A stretch of 64,000 nucleotides of DNA from Pseudovirgaria hyperparasitica (taxonomy: Eukaryota). How positions within the stretch are numbered: the stretch's first letter is position 1; each line of letters begins with the position of its first letter. The position numbers and the translations under genes were made by a program. The DNA lies in the NCBI GenBank assembly GCA_010093815.1, contig ML996570.1. One strand, written 5' to 3'. Of the stretch, positions 62,077 to 64,000 are shown in pieces. Under the pieces are notes generated by a model, which ran no database searches, was not told where the DNA came from, and saw only the letters and a program-made list of their open reading frames with translations.

Positions 62077-64000
62077 ATGGCTACTCAAGCCCAGGGCTTC
62101 GGCTCAAGGAGGTCAAACCTGCAAGAGGATGAGAGCACAAGGATTGGAGATTTCAGGAAACTGGAGAATATCGGCAAGGGAAGCTTTGCCATCGTCTATC
62201 GTGGAGAGCATGTTGTACGTAGGGAGATGAAGCCCGACCCAAAACAGCTTGCTTTGGTCAGCAAGAGTGCTAATGTATACCTTGATAGAAAAACAGAGCC
62301 CTCGTGGCCATCAAGTCCGTCCATCTTCAAAAGCTGAATCGCAAGCTTAGAGACAATCTTGTCACCGAGATCAATATTCTACGAAGCCTCCAACACCCGC
62401 ATATTGTCGCCCTAATTGACTGTCAAGAGTCCCCGAAGTTCATGAATATCGTCATGGAGTTCTGCGAACTGGGTGACTTGTCGAATTTCATCAGAAAGAG
62501 GCATCATCACATAGAGCATCCTGCTACAAAGGATATGGTGACAAAATATCCATGCCCACCAGCAGGCGGCCTGCATGAAGTAGTCGCTCATCATTTCAGC
62601 AAACAAATAGCTAGTGCTCTCGAATTCCTTCACGCCAAAAACTTCATTCATCGAGATTTGAAACCACAAAACCTCCTACTAAACCCGTCGCCGCGCTATT
62701 ATCATCAGTACAAGCCAACCGAGATGCCTTACATGCCCACGAAGAACTCCCTTGTTCCTGCCACTGGTGTCGAATCACTCCCCATGTTGAAGGTGGCCGA
62801 TTTCGGGTTCGCTCGGTTTCTTCCCCAGACGTCACTAGCAGAGACATTGTGTGGGTCTCCGCTGTATATGGCCCCTGAAATATTACGTTACGAGAAATAC
62901 GATGCGAAGGCCGATCTGTGGTCTGTTGGAACTGTCATGTACGAGATGATGGTTGGTAAGCCTCCTTTCAAGGCTAACAACCACGTGGAATTGCTCAAGA
63001 AAATTGAAAGGCAAGAAGATCGAATCCGATTCCCTGAAGACCTTATCATCGGCACACAGATGAAGACGCTGATTAGAGCTCTTCTAAGACGGAAGCCGGT
63101 GGAAAGGATCGGGTTCGAAAGTTATTTCGATGATCCACTGATCAGAGGTCCCATCCCAAATCTTGTTGGTGATGACAGACCGGCATCCGAGCGTGAGACG
63201 ACACCCCCGCCCGATTCAAAAGTTGGTACACGAGCAGAGCAGAAAAGACCGTCGACATCCTCTAGAGCACCGAGTGATCTTCGTCGACAGAGCCTTGATC
63301 ATACACATCCAAAAGGTCCGCAAGGTCAGGCCGTTGTCGGCTCGGCTCCAACGTCACGGCCGAGCTCGAGAGCAACTACAACCACAAAGGCACCTCGCCG
63401 GTTGAGCTATACGCCTACGCCAGACGCAGACCTAGCTCGACAACAACAGCGCCGGCCGATAATGACAAGTCATCCAACCGCACCGGCTCGGCAGACGGTG
63501 CCTTCTCGGCCTGCTTCTCAAAACATGGACAGGCATAGTGGCAGAAATTCTGTATCGCCTACTTCATCTGTACATTTGAAAGAACATCTCGATGCCCAGC
63601 GGATCCCGCGTGGTGCTGAAGACAGAAGCCAACGTGATGGCAGGGATCGCACTGACCAGGAAATTGCCTTTGAAAGAGAATATGTCATGGTTGAAAAAAG
63701 AAGTGTCGAAGTGAACGCGCTTGCTGATGAGATGGCGGCCACTCCAGGGGGCAGACCGAACTCACAGCACAATGCAATGGTTCGTCGGGCCACAACTCAA
63801 GGATCGCCTACTTCGACAACTGGAGCTCATGTCTTACCGTCACGAGCCATTTCCATAGCACAAGGCAAGAGTCGGCCAGACTCGACTCATGCACGGACTG
63901 GCTCGTACGAACGTAGATATGGACGCATTCCCGGATCAGTCTCATCGGCGATCTCAAACGCCCTCAACGCAGTTGCTTTGCGCTCTGGCATGGGTTTGTC
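62077..64000 (+). CDS. ATG1: Autophagy Ser/Thr kinase Atg1, truncated by window end; intron 62215-62288
   Basis: IGKGSFAIVY, VAIKSV, GGLHEVVAHHFSKQIASAL, IHRDLKPQNLLL, ADFGFARFLPQTSLAETLCGSPLYMAPEILRYEKYDAKADLWS, EREYVMVEKRSVEVNALADE. Confidence 0.97.

Overview
Gene-dense eukaryotic chromosome segment from a filamentous ascomycete (Pezizomycotina; a Dothideomycete is my inference), with short (~45-75 nt) GT-AG introns and CTRAY branch points. Recognisable housekeeping genes: URA6, PRE10, SDH2, MSH3, MSM1, a PSH1-like RING ligase, an MDM20/NAA25-like NatB subunit, PRP39, SmB, RPL11, SEC59 and the 5' part of ATG1. Also present: a phosphoglycerate-mutase-like gene, an HCCA isomerase/kappa-GST, an Fe/2OG-oxygenase-like gene and several hypotheticals. 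Manual splicing reveals items missing from the ORF track: a four-exon COX23 with three ~190-nt hairpin-forming introns, a two-exon 46-aa Cys-rich microprotein, a same-strand gene nested in a 1.2-kb intron of the HCCA isomerase, a frameshifted J-domain relic upstream of a SprT-like(HExxH->HALVH)/J-domain gene, a probable GC-AG intron, a candidate PRP39 poison exon, an ATG1 uORF and a degenerate MITE beside a small secreted peptide gene. No rRNA, tRNA, CRISPR array or intact transposase was recognised. All calls were made by eye; no database searches were run.
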